Shown here: piece by piece, positions 1-7,313 of the stretch | Numbering within the stretch: position 1 is the first letter of the stretch | Layout of the letters: every line of letters begins with the position of its first letter | NCBI RefSeq assembly: GCF_000429705.1 | Contig: NZ_AUCJ01000010.1 | Coordinates: forward strand, 2,006-34,005 | Length of the DNA: 32,000 nucleotides | DNA from: Alteribacter aurantiacus DSM 18675 | GTDB lineage: Bacteria > Bacillota > Bacilli > Bacillales > Salisediminibacteriaceae | Direction: 5' to 3' | Program-made: the position numbers and the translations under genes | Notes under the pieces: generated by a model | What the model was told of the DNA's origin: nothing | The model's database searches: none | What the model saw: only the letters and a program-made list of their open reading frames with translations

Positions 1-32
1 ATCACAAACGATATAAACTTCGACCTGTGATT

Positions 33-156
33 AGGTGTAGCCGGAATGTTCGAAGACTCCTGCGGCAGTGGGAGCCAGGCGAGACCCCGCAAGGGCTTTG
101 CCCGAGGAGGCTTGCCGGCACCGCCGCGGAAAGCGAAGAACATTCCGGCTACACCT
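33..156. repeat. MITE-like long-hairpin repeat element, copy A
   Basis: Perfect 19-nt terminal inverted repeat AGGTGTAGCCGGAATGTTC (33-51) / GAACATTCCGGCTACACCT (138-156) around an imperfectly self-complementary GC-rich interior. The 30-nt block GGCTTGCCGGCACCGCCGCGGAAAGCGAAG (109-138) recurs on the opposite strand at 16340-16369 with 3 mismatches. Confidence 0.6.
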
Positions 157-278
157 TTATTCAACTTATTTGCTACACTCAATCCTTTAGTTGATGGCTT
201 ATGGGGTAACTGGTTCCCGCACGGTTTTGTGAAACATTGTATAATGGGGAGGACTTTGAATGGTGGGGAGTGTGTGGG

Positions 279-1181
279 ATGGGGCATACTATTGGGATTG
301 ATTTGGGTGGTACGAGTGTGAGAGTGGCTCTTGTAAGTGACCGTGGAGAGATGGAGGTTCATGAAAAGGCGCCGTCTGAGCCGGAGCGAGGCGTGGAGGC
401 GTTTTTGAATAAGGTGTGCGCAATGGTTGAGCGTGTAAAAGGAAGTAATCCGGTTGGTGGGATTGGTTTAGGGGCGCCTGGTCCACTTGATCCGTTTAAC
501 GGGTTGATTTTGGATCCGCCGAATTTACCTGGGTGGCAGAACGTGCCGATTACTAAGCTACTCGAAGAGCGCACGGGTCTTCCTGTGACCCTTGATAATG
601 ATGCGAATGCGGCTGCTTTAGCGGAAGCGCGCTTCGGAGCGGGCCGAGGTGAGGCGAGCGTGGTGTACATAACAGTTAGTACCGGTGTTGGAGCAGGGAT
701 TGTGATTGATGGCCAGCTCTTTCTCGGTGCTCAAGGAAATGCTGGAGAAATCGGCAATATGATAGTAGAGCCCGGGGGCTATCAACACGGGGATTTGAAC
801 CCGGGAGCCTTGGAAGCGTTGGCGTCGGGTACGGCGATTGGTCGTGTAGGGCGAGAACGGCTAGGTGTAACAGGCGGGGCGATCGAGGTGTTTGAGCGTG
901 CGGATCAAGGGGAGAAGGAAGCGGTGGAGATCATTGGTGAGGCAATCGGCTATCTCGCTATCGGCGTGGCAAATTTGTCGAACGCGTTTAACCCCAGCGT
1001 GTTCGTCTTCGGTGGCGGTGTGATGGAACAAAAGTCGGTGTTGCCACTATTGCAGGAGAAGGTCTCCGGTTTTCTTTACCCAAGCATGAAAGCCCATTTG
1101 AAGATGAAGAAAGCGGGGCTCGGAACGAATGCTGGTGTGATTGGCGCGGCGCTGCTACCTGGGGTGAAGCGTTTAAAATAG
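279..1181 (+). CDS. ROK-family sugar kinase (glucokinase-like), lacking the usual Zn-binding Cys motif
   Basis: ORF 237-1181. ATG at 279 gives the N-terminus MGHTIGIDLGGTSVRVALV (ATP-binding DxGGT motif of ROK/ASKHA kinases) and follows GGGGAG by about 8 nt. LDNDANAAALAE and the GxGxG region are typical of ROK proteins. Confidence 0.85.
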   Translation: MGHTIGIDLGGTSVRVALVSDRGEMEVHEKAPSEPERGVEAFLNKVCAMVERVKGSNPVGGIGLGAPGPLDPFNGLILDPPNLPGWQNVPITKLLEERTGLPVTLDNDANAAALAEARFGAGRGEASVVYITVSTGVGAGIVIDGQLFLGAQGNAGEIGNMIVEPGGYQHGDLNPGALEALASGTAIGRVGRERLGVTGGAIEVFERADQGEKEAVEIIGEAIGYLAIGVANLSNAFNPSVFVFGGGVMEQKSVLPLLQEKVSGFLYPSMKAHLKMKKAGLGTNAGVIGAALLPGVKRLK

Positions 1182-1227
1182 GGTGAGTGGGTACATAGTA
1201 ATGAACGAGCATGAAGGAGGATATAGG

Positions 1228-1749
1228 ATGGCAGACACAAAAACATGTAAGGAATCGTGGGTCGTGAAGACGGCTCATGTGTTTCCGAGCGATACGAATA
1301 ATCATGATACCCTTTTTGGTGGGAAATTGATGAGTTTTATTGATGACGTGGCGTCTCTCTCGGCGATTCGTCATGCGCGGATGCCTGTTGTGACGGCGAG
1401 CACGGATTCGGTGGACTTTTTGACACCGATCGTCCCGTCAGATTCTGTGTGTTTGGAGTCGTTTGTGACGTGGACGGGGAAAAGTTCGATGGAAGTGTTC
1501 GTGAAAGTGGTGGCAGAGAATTTGCTGAATGGAGATCGTAGGATTGCGGCTACGGCATTCTTAAGTTTCGTGGCGTTGAACGAGGATAAACAGCCGGTAC
1601 CGGTACCGAAGATCGTGCCGGAAACGGATGAGGAGAAAAAGCTGTATGAAACGGCGCCGGTTAGGCTTGAGGCGCGAAAGAAGCGTCGGCAGGAGAGTAA
1701 GGAGCTGGCTGCTCATTTGACGACGAAGCGGTTGTGGGAGCAGGGATAA
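1228..1749 (+). CDS. Acyl-CoA thioesterase (hotdog fold, YkhA/BFIT-like)
   Basis: ORF 1183-1749. ATG at 1228 follows GAAGGAGG by 8 nt. The sequence HVFPSDTNNHDTLFGGKLMSFIDDVA...VTASTDSVDFLTPI is characteristic of acyl-CoA thioester hydrolases. Confidence 0.8.
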   Translation: MADTKTCKESWVVKTAHVFPSDTNNHDTLFGGKLMSFIDDVASLSAIRHARMPVVTASTDSVDFLTPIVPSDSVCLESFVTWTGKSSMEVFVKVVAENLLNGDRRIAATAFLSFVALNEDKQPVPVPKIVPETDEEKKLYETAPVRLEARKKRRQESKELAAHLTTKRLWEQG

Positions 1750-1790
1750 AAAAAGGATGCGCGCCAGGGTTGGCACGCATCCTTTTTGTT
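1750..1790. terminator. Bidirectional rho-independent terminator between convergent genes
   Basis: GGATGCGCGCC (1755-1765) pairs with GGCACGCATCC (1772-1782) with one mismatch. An A-run lies upstream and a T-run downstream, between the thioesterase stop (1749) and the protease stop (1799). Confidence 0.75.
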
Positions 1791-1798
1791 TTTAAAGA

Positions 1799-4700
1799 TT
1801 ACTGTACGTTGATGTTAAGTTTACCTGCAGCACGTTCGCGGACTTCGTTACCAAAGTCGTCGCGGACGATGACTTCCACTTCAGCACCTGGTGCTTCTAC
1901 GTTTGAGGTTGCTGTGTAGTAACCCACGTAGTAGCCAGGAGACTGTTCGCGAATTGGAAGTTCAGTTGCGTTTTGAACACCAAGGTTAGTCAGAGGCATC
2001 AAGATCACGAATGATGCGTCGAGTCCTTCTTCAGCATTGAAGCTGATTTCAACTGTTTGGCCGGGAGCCAAATCTCTGTCTTCGTCAGGCTTCAAGTTTG
2101 TGATTTCATAGTCACCGAAGTTTGCATAGATGGTCATGTTTTCAACTGTGCGGTTTCCTGCTTTGTCGATGGCAACGACGCGGATGTCGTTTGCACCTTC
2201 GTCAAGGAGGAGACGGTGGTTGAAGTTACCTTCGCCGTCAATGTCGGCACGTTGACCGTTAATGTTCACACGTTGAAGGTTCTCGTCAATCGCTTGACCT
2301 TGAACGCGAACCGTTTCTGTGTTTACGCGGTCGCCGTCAGCTGGGCTTGTCACAACAAGCTCTGGACCTTCTTGATCAAGGATGACAGTTACCGGTGCAG
2401 ATTCACCAGTGCGTCCGTTTTCTGTGCTTGCAGCAGCAGTCAGAACGTTCTCACCTGAAGTAAGAGATACGTCAGTTGCAAAATGACCGTTGTCATCTGC
2501 AGTCGTGTGAGCGACTTCTTCACCGTTGTTGGAAACGTGGACGTCAACGCCAGGAGACGCTTGTCCTTCAACAGTGACACTGTCTTCGTTCGTGAATGTT
2601 CCGTCTTCAGGAGACGTGATTTCAGGAACGGTTACTTCATAGTTCACAAGGGCACGAATCATGTAGTTTCCTTCAGCTGCCGGAGCTTGGCTGAACGATC
2701 CACCTACATATTGCCAGCTACGCTCAGCGTTAGGACCGTCTTCATCGGTTCCAAGACCTGGAGCGTAAGGATTTGGTTGAGTCTGGATGTACATCATGTA
2801 GAAGTCCCCTTCTACTACAACGCCTTCACTTGAAAGGTCTACTTGCGTCCACGTACCGTCACGGTTTGCTTCAGCGTCGACCGGTCCAGCGATCATGTTT
2901 CCAGGAGCGCCGTTTGTGCCTGTTGCGTCATAAACAGCAACTTGGAACTCAGTTCCACCTGGTACAGGCCATTCAGTATCCCAGAATCGGAACAATCCGC
3001 CTGTGATAAGGGCACTGTCCTGACCGTCTTCAAGGCTCATGCGTACAGCCCATCCGTTGCCAGCGTCAAAGAATGCACGTGCGTTTTCAGCAGTACCGTC
3101 ATCGTAGCCGATTTCACCAGGGAATCCGATGAATGGTGTAAGGCTGAAGTCAGCAACGGTTACTTCGTCGCCAGTGATTGATACTTCAGTTTCGTCACTG
3201 TAGAAAGAAGGAGCAAATACTTGTAACGTGTACGTTCCTTCGTAAGCGTCAATTGAGAATTCACCGTTTTCATCCGTGTGAGCAGGTGACACGCGTGGGT
3301 CTTCTTTTAATAGAAGGGTCGCGCCTTCAATTGGCTCATCTGTTGCTGCATTTGTTACTGTACCTGAAACGGTTCCGCTGTCCAACTCGTCAAGGACAAA
3401 GTGAACTTCGGTTGTTTCGTCTGCTTCTACTACAACGTCTTGGTGTTCAGTTTGGAATCCGTATGCTTCTGCGCGGACTGTGAAGTCACCAGCAGGGTGA
3501 ATCATGCCGAAGCTTCCGTCAGCCGGGTTCGTTTGCACGGAACGTCCGGATTCAAGAACAGATACTGTAGCGTGAATTGGAAGTCCGCCATTGTCTTCTA
3601 CTACAGGCTCTTCATTATCAGAGTTTCCGTCGCGGCCTTTGCCTTTACCTGGGTGACCGTCGCGATGTCCAGGTGGGGTGAAGGATGCGTCTTTACCTGA
3701 TGGAGCAACGTGTACGGAAGGATCTGTTTGTTTTTTAGCCAAACCAGGAGCTTGGATGTTGCCGATGCCACGGTTCATTGGTGCCATCATTGTGTTCATA
3801 GAGCTAAAGCTTGTTCCAGAGTCGATGATGCCAACAGATCCACCGAAATCGTCAGTGCCTGTTGCTTCGTCTGTTAGAGAAACGTGGTCGATGTACCAGC
3901 CTGGGCGGACGATGATGAAGTCGGAGTAAGCGTTATAGCCGACAACGATGCGCTCACCAGCGTAGTCGCTCAAGTCGATGGATGCGTCAACCCACCCACC
4001 AGATTGATTGGTTACGGTGTGAAGGGTTTCCCACGTGTCCATACCGTCTGTTGAAACAACAAGGTAGCCGTAGTCGTAGTTGTTCTCAAAGTTGAACCAC
4101 TCTTTGTACTCAAGGTAGAAGTCGCCTTCATCAGGAACTTGTACCGGAGGCAAGATGAGTGTAGCGTTCATGTTGTTGCCGTAGTCACCGCCAAGGTTTG
4201 TAGCGTACACGTTGTCGCCAGTGTAGGCTTCACCAGGACCGGATGTTGGCGCGCCCCACTCCCAGCTGTCGTTTTCACCAAAGCTCATCCAGCCGATTGG
4301 TGTGCTAGAGAAGTCTTGGTAATAGCCTGTGGAGATCGCTTCGTTTACAGCCACTTCGTATACTTCTGTTTCAACGGTGTTACCACCGAAGTCGTCGATC
4401 GTAAAGAAGTATTCTACTGCCGGTGCGTCAATGTCTGAGCCCGGAATAGAAACCGTGTACGTAGCGTCACGGTAGTTTCCGCTTGAGCGAGATGCGTCAA
4501 GCTCGTGCCATTCGCCGTCTTTTTCAAACGAAAGCGTTACGTCTGTGATGCTTACGTTATCTTGAACGTGAATTTCAAGTGGAAGGTTAAGACCTTCGTA
4601 TGTTTCTTCTGGTGCTGTGTGCTGGTAAGTCGGAGCTTCAGTGTCTTCTCCGTCTTGAAGCACGCTACCTGTTAGGCTTCCAAGTCCGTCAAGGATACCG

Positions 4701-6238
4701 GCTACGGCGTCATAAGCGTTAATGATTCCGTGTCCAAATCCGTTGTTTGGTGCTTCTGGGTACTGACTGTTTGTACGTGGTGTTGCAGTTTCTTCCATGA
4801 TTTCAGAGATATCGTCATGGGAAAGGTCAGAGTTTACTTGTTTGATTAAAGCTACTAAACCAGCTACGTGTGGCGATGCCATGGACGTACCATTCCAGCC
4901 GCCAGTGTATGTGGATCCTGGAGTTGATGAACGGATGTTTACACCAGGAGCACTAACATCAGGCTTCATTTCACCATAAGGAGATGGCCCTTGAGATGAG
5001 AAGCTTGCAAGGTTCATGCTTGAATCTGTCGCACCTACAGCGTAGGATTCAGGGTAATTTGCAGGAACACCGACTGTTCCAGGACCTGCAGTGTTACCAG
5101 AAGCGAAAACCGGGAAGATTCCGGCTGCTTGCCAGTTTTGTACCATCGGGCGGAACCATTCGTTCAGTCCACCTGCGCCACCCCAAGAGTTGTTTACAAC
5201 GTCTGGAGCCATTTCAGGGTGAGGATTACCATCAGCGTCAGTTGGCGCTAGTACCCACTCACCACCGGCTAGGATGTTCGCTTGAGATCCGCCACCGGAA
5301 GCAGCAAGGATCTTAACTGCGATCCACTCAGCGCCAGGAGCGACACCGATTTTGTTCGTGCCGTTTGGTTCAGCACCAAGAGTTGTACCGTTTACGTGCG
5401 TTCCGTGTCCGTGATCATCATACGAAGCTTCTTGACCGTTTACAGCATCAAAGAAGTTGAACGTGTGATCAACAGAGTCGGATGCTGCATCATATCCGCG
5501 GTACTGTTCTTTTAGGGCTGGGTGATCCCACTGAACACCTGTGTCCATGTTGGCAACGACGATACCTGAACCGTCGATTCCCATATCCCATACTTCATGA
5601 GCGCCAACTTGCTCGATGTTCCACTCCACGTTTTCGTTTTGCGTTTCAGGAGTAGAAGTTGGAGCGCCTTCTGCTTTAAGGTCAGGACCGCCTGCACTTA
5701 AAATTTGGAAGGTTTCGTTTGGCGTAATTTCAGCGATCTCTGAAAATCCTTTTAAAGATTCAAGGACTTCTTTTGTCGCTGTTACTTCAAGTCCGTTAAC
5801 GATGTAGAAAGATTGGAAGCTTTCTACGTTACCGGCAGCTTGTTCTTTTTCAAGGAATGCTTTAAGTTCCTTTTGGGACTCCATTTGCGCTGAGCGAAGT
5901 TCGGAAACGATCGCCGTACGCTGAGCGAGTGTTACGTCAGACGTGTTGGCGATTTGGATTTTATTGCTCGCCACGTCTGCTGCTACTTGTTCCGTGTCTA
6001 CTTGGTCTTTCATTTTTACTAGGAAAGAGACGTATTTGTCTTCTTTAAACTCGTTGACTACTTTACTACTAATCTCAACAGCCGCATCTTTATTCGTTTC
6101 TTGTAAATAAGAGATCGAAGCTTGGTCTCCGGCGCTCACATTTTGGGCACCAGCATGTTGTGGTAATAATAATGGGATCATTAAAGCGAAAATCATCGTG
6201 AAGATGATCCACTGTCGCATCGTTCGTTTCCTCGGCAA
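1799..6238 (-). CDS. Large secreted subtilisin-family (S8) serine protease, bacillopeptidase F-like multidomain exoprotease
   Basis: ORF 1799-6373. Catalytic motifs are present: NMDTGV (Asp), HGHGTHV (His), GTSMASPHVAG (Ser). An I9-like propeptide lies upstream and long beta-rich C-terminal domains follow. Signal peptide MRQWIIFTMIFALMIPLLLPQHAGA. The likely start is the in-frame TTG at 6238, 8 nt after GGAG; the alternative is the ATG at 6220. The upstream part of the ORF (to 6373) reads through repeat DNA. Confidence 0.9.
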   Translation of the reverse strand: MPRKRTMRQWIIFTMIFALMIPLLLPQHAGAQNVSAGDQASISYLQETNKDAAVEISSKVVNEFKEDKYVSFLVKMKDQVDTEQVAADVASNKIQIANTSDVTLAQRTAIVSELRSAQMESQKELKAFLEKEQAAGNVESFQSFYIVNGLEVTATKEVLESLKGFSEIAEITPNETFQILSAGGPDLKAEGAPTSTPETQNENVEWNIEQVGAHEVWDMGIDGSGIVVANMDTGVQWDHPALKEQYRGYDAASDSVDHTFNFFDAVNGQEASYDDHGHGTHVNGTTLGAEPNGTNKIGVAPGAEWIAVKILAASGGGSQANILAGGEWVLAPTDADGNPHPEMAPDVVNNSWGGAGGLNEWFRPMVQNWQAAGIFPVFASGNTAGPGTVGVPANYPESYAVGATDSSMNLASFSSQGPSPYGEMKPDVSAPGVNIRSSTPGSTYTGGWNGTSMASPHVAGLVALIKQVNSDLSHDDISEIMEETATPRTNSQYPEAPNNGFGHGIINAYDAVAGILDGLGSLTGSVLQDGEDTEAPTYQHTAPEETYEGLNLPLEIHVQDNVSITDVTLSFEKDGEWHELDASRSSGNYRDATYTVSIPGSDIDAPAVEYFFTIDDFGGNTVETEVYEVAVNEAISTGYYQDFSSTPIGWMSFGENDSWEWGAPTSGPGEAYTGDNVYATNLGGDYGNNMNATLILPPVQVPDEGDFYLEYKEWFNFENNYDYGYLVVSTDGMDTWETLHTVTNQSGGWVDASIDLSDYAGERIVVGYNAYSDFIIVRPGWYIDHVSLTDEATGTDDFGGSVGIIDSGTSFSSMNTMMAPMNRGIGNIQAPGLAKKQTDPSVHVAPSGKDASFTPPGHRDGHPGKGKGRDGNSDNEEPVVEDNGGLPIHATVSVLESGRSVQTNPADGSFGMIHPAGDFTVRAEAYGFQTEHQDVVVEADETTEVHFVLDELDSGTVSGTVTNAATDEPIEGATLLLKEDPRVSPAHTDENGEFSIDAYEGTYTLQVFAPSFYSDETEVSITGDEVTVADFSLTPFIGFPGEIGYDDGTAENARAFFDAGNGWAVRMSLEDGQDSALITGGLFRFWDTEWPVPGGTEFQVAVYDATGTNGAPGNMIAGPVDAEANRDGTWTQVDLSSEGVVVEGDFYMMYIQTQPNPYAPGLGTDEDGPNAERSWQYVGGSFSQAPAAEGNYMIRALVNYEVTVPEITSPEDGTFTNEDSVTVEGQASPGVDVHVSNNGEEVAHTTADDNGHFATDVSLTSGENVLTAAASTENGRTGESAPVTVILDQEGPELVVTSPADGDRVNTETVRVQGQAIDENLQRVNINGQRADIDGEGNFNHRLLLDEGANDIRVVAIDKAGNRTVENMTIYANFGDYEITNLKPDEDRDLAPGQTVEISFNAEEGLDASFVILMPLTNLGVQNATELPIREQSPGYYVGYYTATSNVEAPGAEVEVIVRDDFGNEVRERAAGKLNINVQ

Positions 6239-6262
6239 ATCAACCACTCCTTCTTTTTTATG

Positions 6263-6321
6263 AAAATGTCGGGGGACAGACCCCGCACAAAATGTTTTGG
6301 GGACAGACCCCCGAACATTTT
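6263..6321. repeat. Tandem doublet of the REP-like palindrome family
   Basis: AAAATGTCGGGGGACAGACCCCGCAC (6263-6288) is immediately followed by AAAATGTTTTGGGGACAGACCCCCGAACATTTT (6289-6321). Both carry the family core GGGG-ACAGA-CCCC. The doublet lies 25 nt upstream of the protease start. Confidence 0.8.
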
Positions 6322-7213
6322 GCGGATGGATGTTCATAAAACGTGAATGCTTGTTCTTGAGGCTTTTCCGCACGAGCTATGATGCATATGTACGGGTGGC
6401 CGCTAACACTTGATTGTCTGCTACATTGTTTTGGACTTTACGGATAGCTTTGTTGTGTGGTCGTGATGCGGGTTCCTTCGTTTCCCGTGACGGGCTCAGG
6501 GATACAAAAGGGTAGGCAACCTTAGAGGGGGGACTGCCAATCTTTTTGACCACTGAGCGCATGCACTGAAAAGGGTAGTGTGATCCTTTGTCACTGGGAG
6601 GAATGACAGAGGATGTTGACTCGTTTGTGAGCGTTCATACTATGATAGGTGATAGAATGCAGCTTGCCCGGGCCATTTTAGGTTTCGTGTCGGGTAAGTT
6701 GGTAGATCCGGAAACAAGGGACATTCATCATGTTCCATACGTAACGAACGTCTCGAACCTTTTCAGAAGTTTAAGTGGGCTTCGATCCTCCTTTCAGTAA
6801 TTTGGGACTGTCTGATCTGGGAGTCTCGTGTTGTTAAACTGGATTTTATAGAACAATTTGGAATAAATCACTAGCTTTTAGCCAAAATAAGCCAAAAGAA
6901 TTCTGAAAATTTGTAAAACTAGTAAAGAAGTTTGGTAAAATGTGAGATTGGTGTGGGATTTGTAGTATTTTTCCACTAAAGACTGATAATTGTAAAGATT
7001 TGGTTCGAAAGAAGTGAGGAAATATGTCGGATCAAGGAGGAGGCCTACGGTACGAAAGTATTGAGCCAAATTAGGGGTAGGGAGAGGGAAGACGTTCATG
7101 AGTCCTGGGTCTAATCTAGATAAAAGGGTCCTTACCTCATACAAGAAACAAAAGAAAGTCGAAACGATAGGAACATAGATACCCAGGGGTGGATAGACCC
7201 ACGTTCACCACTT

Positions 7214-7236
7214 CACATGGGGTCTGACCCTATGTG
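7214..7236. repeat. REP-like palindrome, variant-arm copy
   Basis: CACATGGGG-TCTGA-CCCTATGTG has 9-nt arms (one G-T pair) around the same core. A possible degenerate neighbour, GGGGTGGATAGACCCAC, lies at 7186-7202. Confidence 0.7.
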
Positions 7237-7263
7237 AAAGCGTGCACATGGTGCGGATACTAC

Positions 7264-7306
7264 AAAAAAAGAGCTGGGAGCGGTAAATGCGGCCGCCCCC
7301 GGCTCT
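7264..7306 (-). terminator. Rho-independent terminator of the GH13 gene
   Basis: On the minus strand, AGAGCCGGGGGCGG...CCGCTCCCAGCTCT is followed by TTTTTTT, just after the stop at 7314. Confidence 0.75.
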
Positions 7307-7313
7307 AGGTCTT

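Noticed and set aside
1-30. Possible 3' end of an upstream + strand gene (frame 1 reads ITNDINFDL then stop at 28-30)
   Set aside because: Nine codons are not enough to support a call.
46-321. 91-aa ORF at the window start, and the 141-aa ORF at 16181-16606 (minus), sharing the peptide APPRKAK
   Set aside because: Both are translations straight through the two MITE-like hairpin elements. The shared peptide reflects the shared 30-nt DNA block in whichever frame is open. Neither has an RBS, and the first overlaps the ROK kinase start region.
2057-5807. About a dozen 60-135-aa ORFs on the + strand (plus 5512-5697 on the minus strand) inside the S8 protease gene
   Set aside because: They are antisense or out-of-frame to a 4.4-kb gene with unmistakable subtilisin motifs. 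Their sequences are low-complexity or Cys/Arg/Val-rich, typical of antisense reading of an acidic gene, and none has an RBS.
6374-7313. Looked for group II intron hallmarks (5' GTGCG, domain V GAGCC..GNRA..GGTTC) and for an rRNA 3' end around GATCCTCCTTTC (6784-6795)
   Set aside because: GAGCCCGTCACGGGAAACG... on the minus strand does not form a domain-V hairpin because the partner arm is in the wrong orientation. There is no 5' consensus and no reverse-transcriptase ORF. The anti-SD-like hexamer stands alone with no 16S context.
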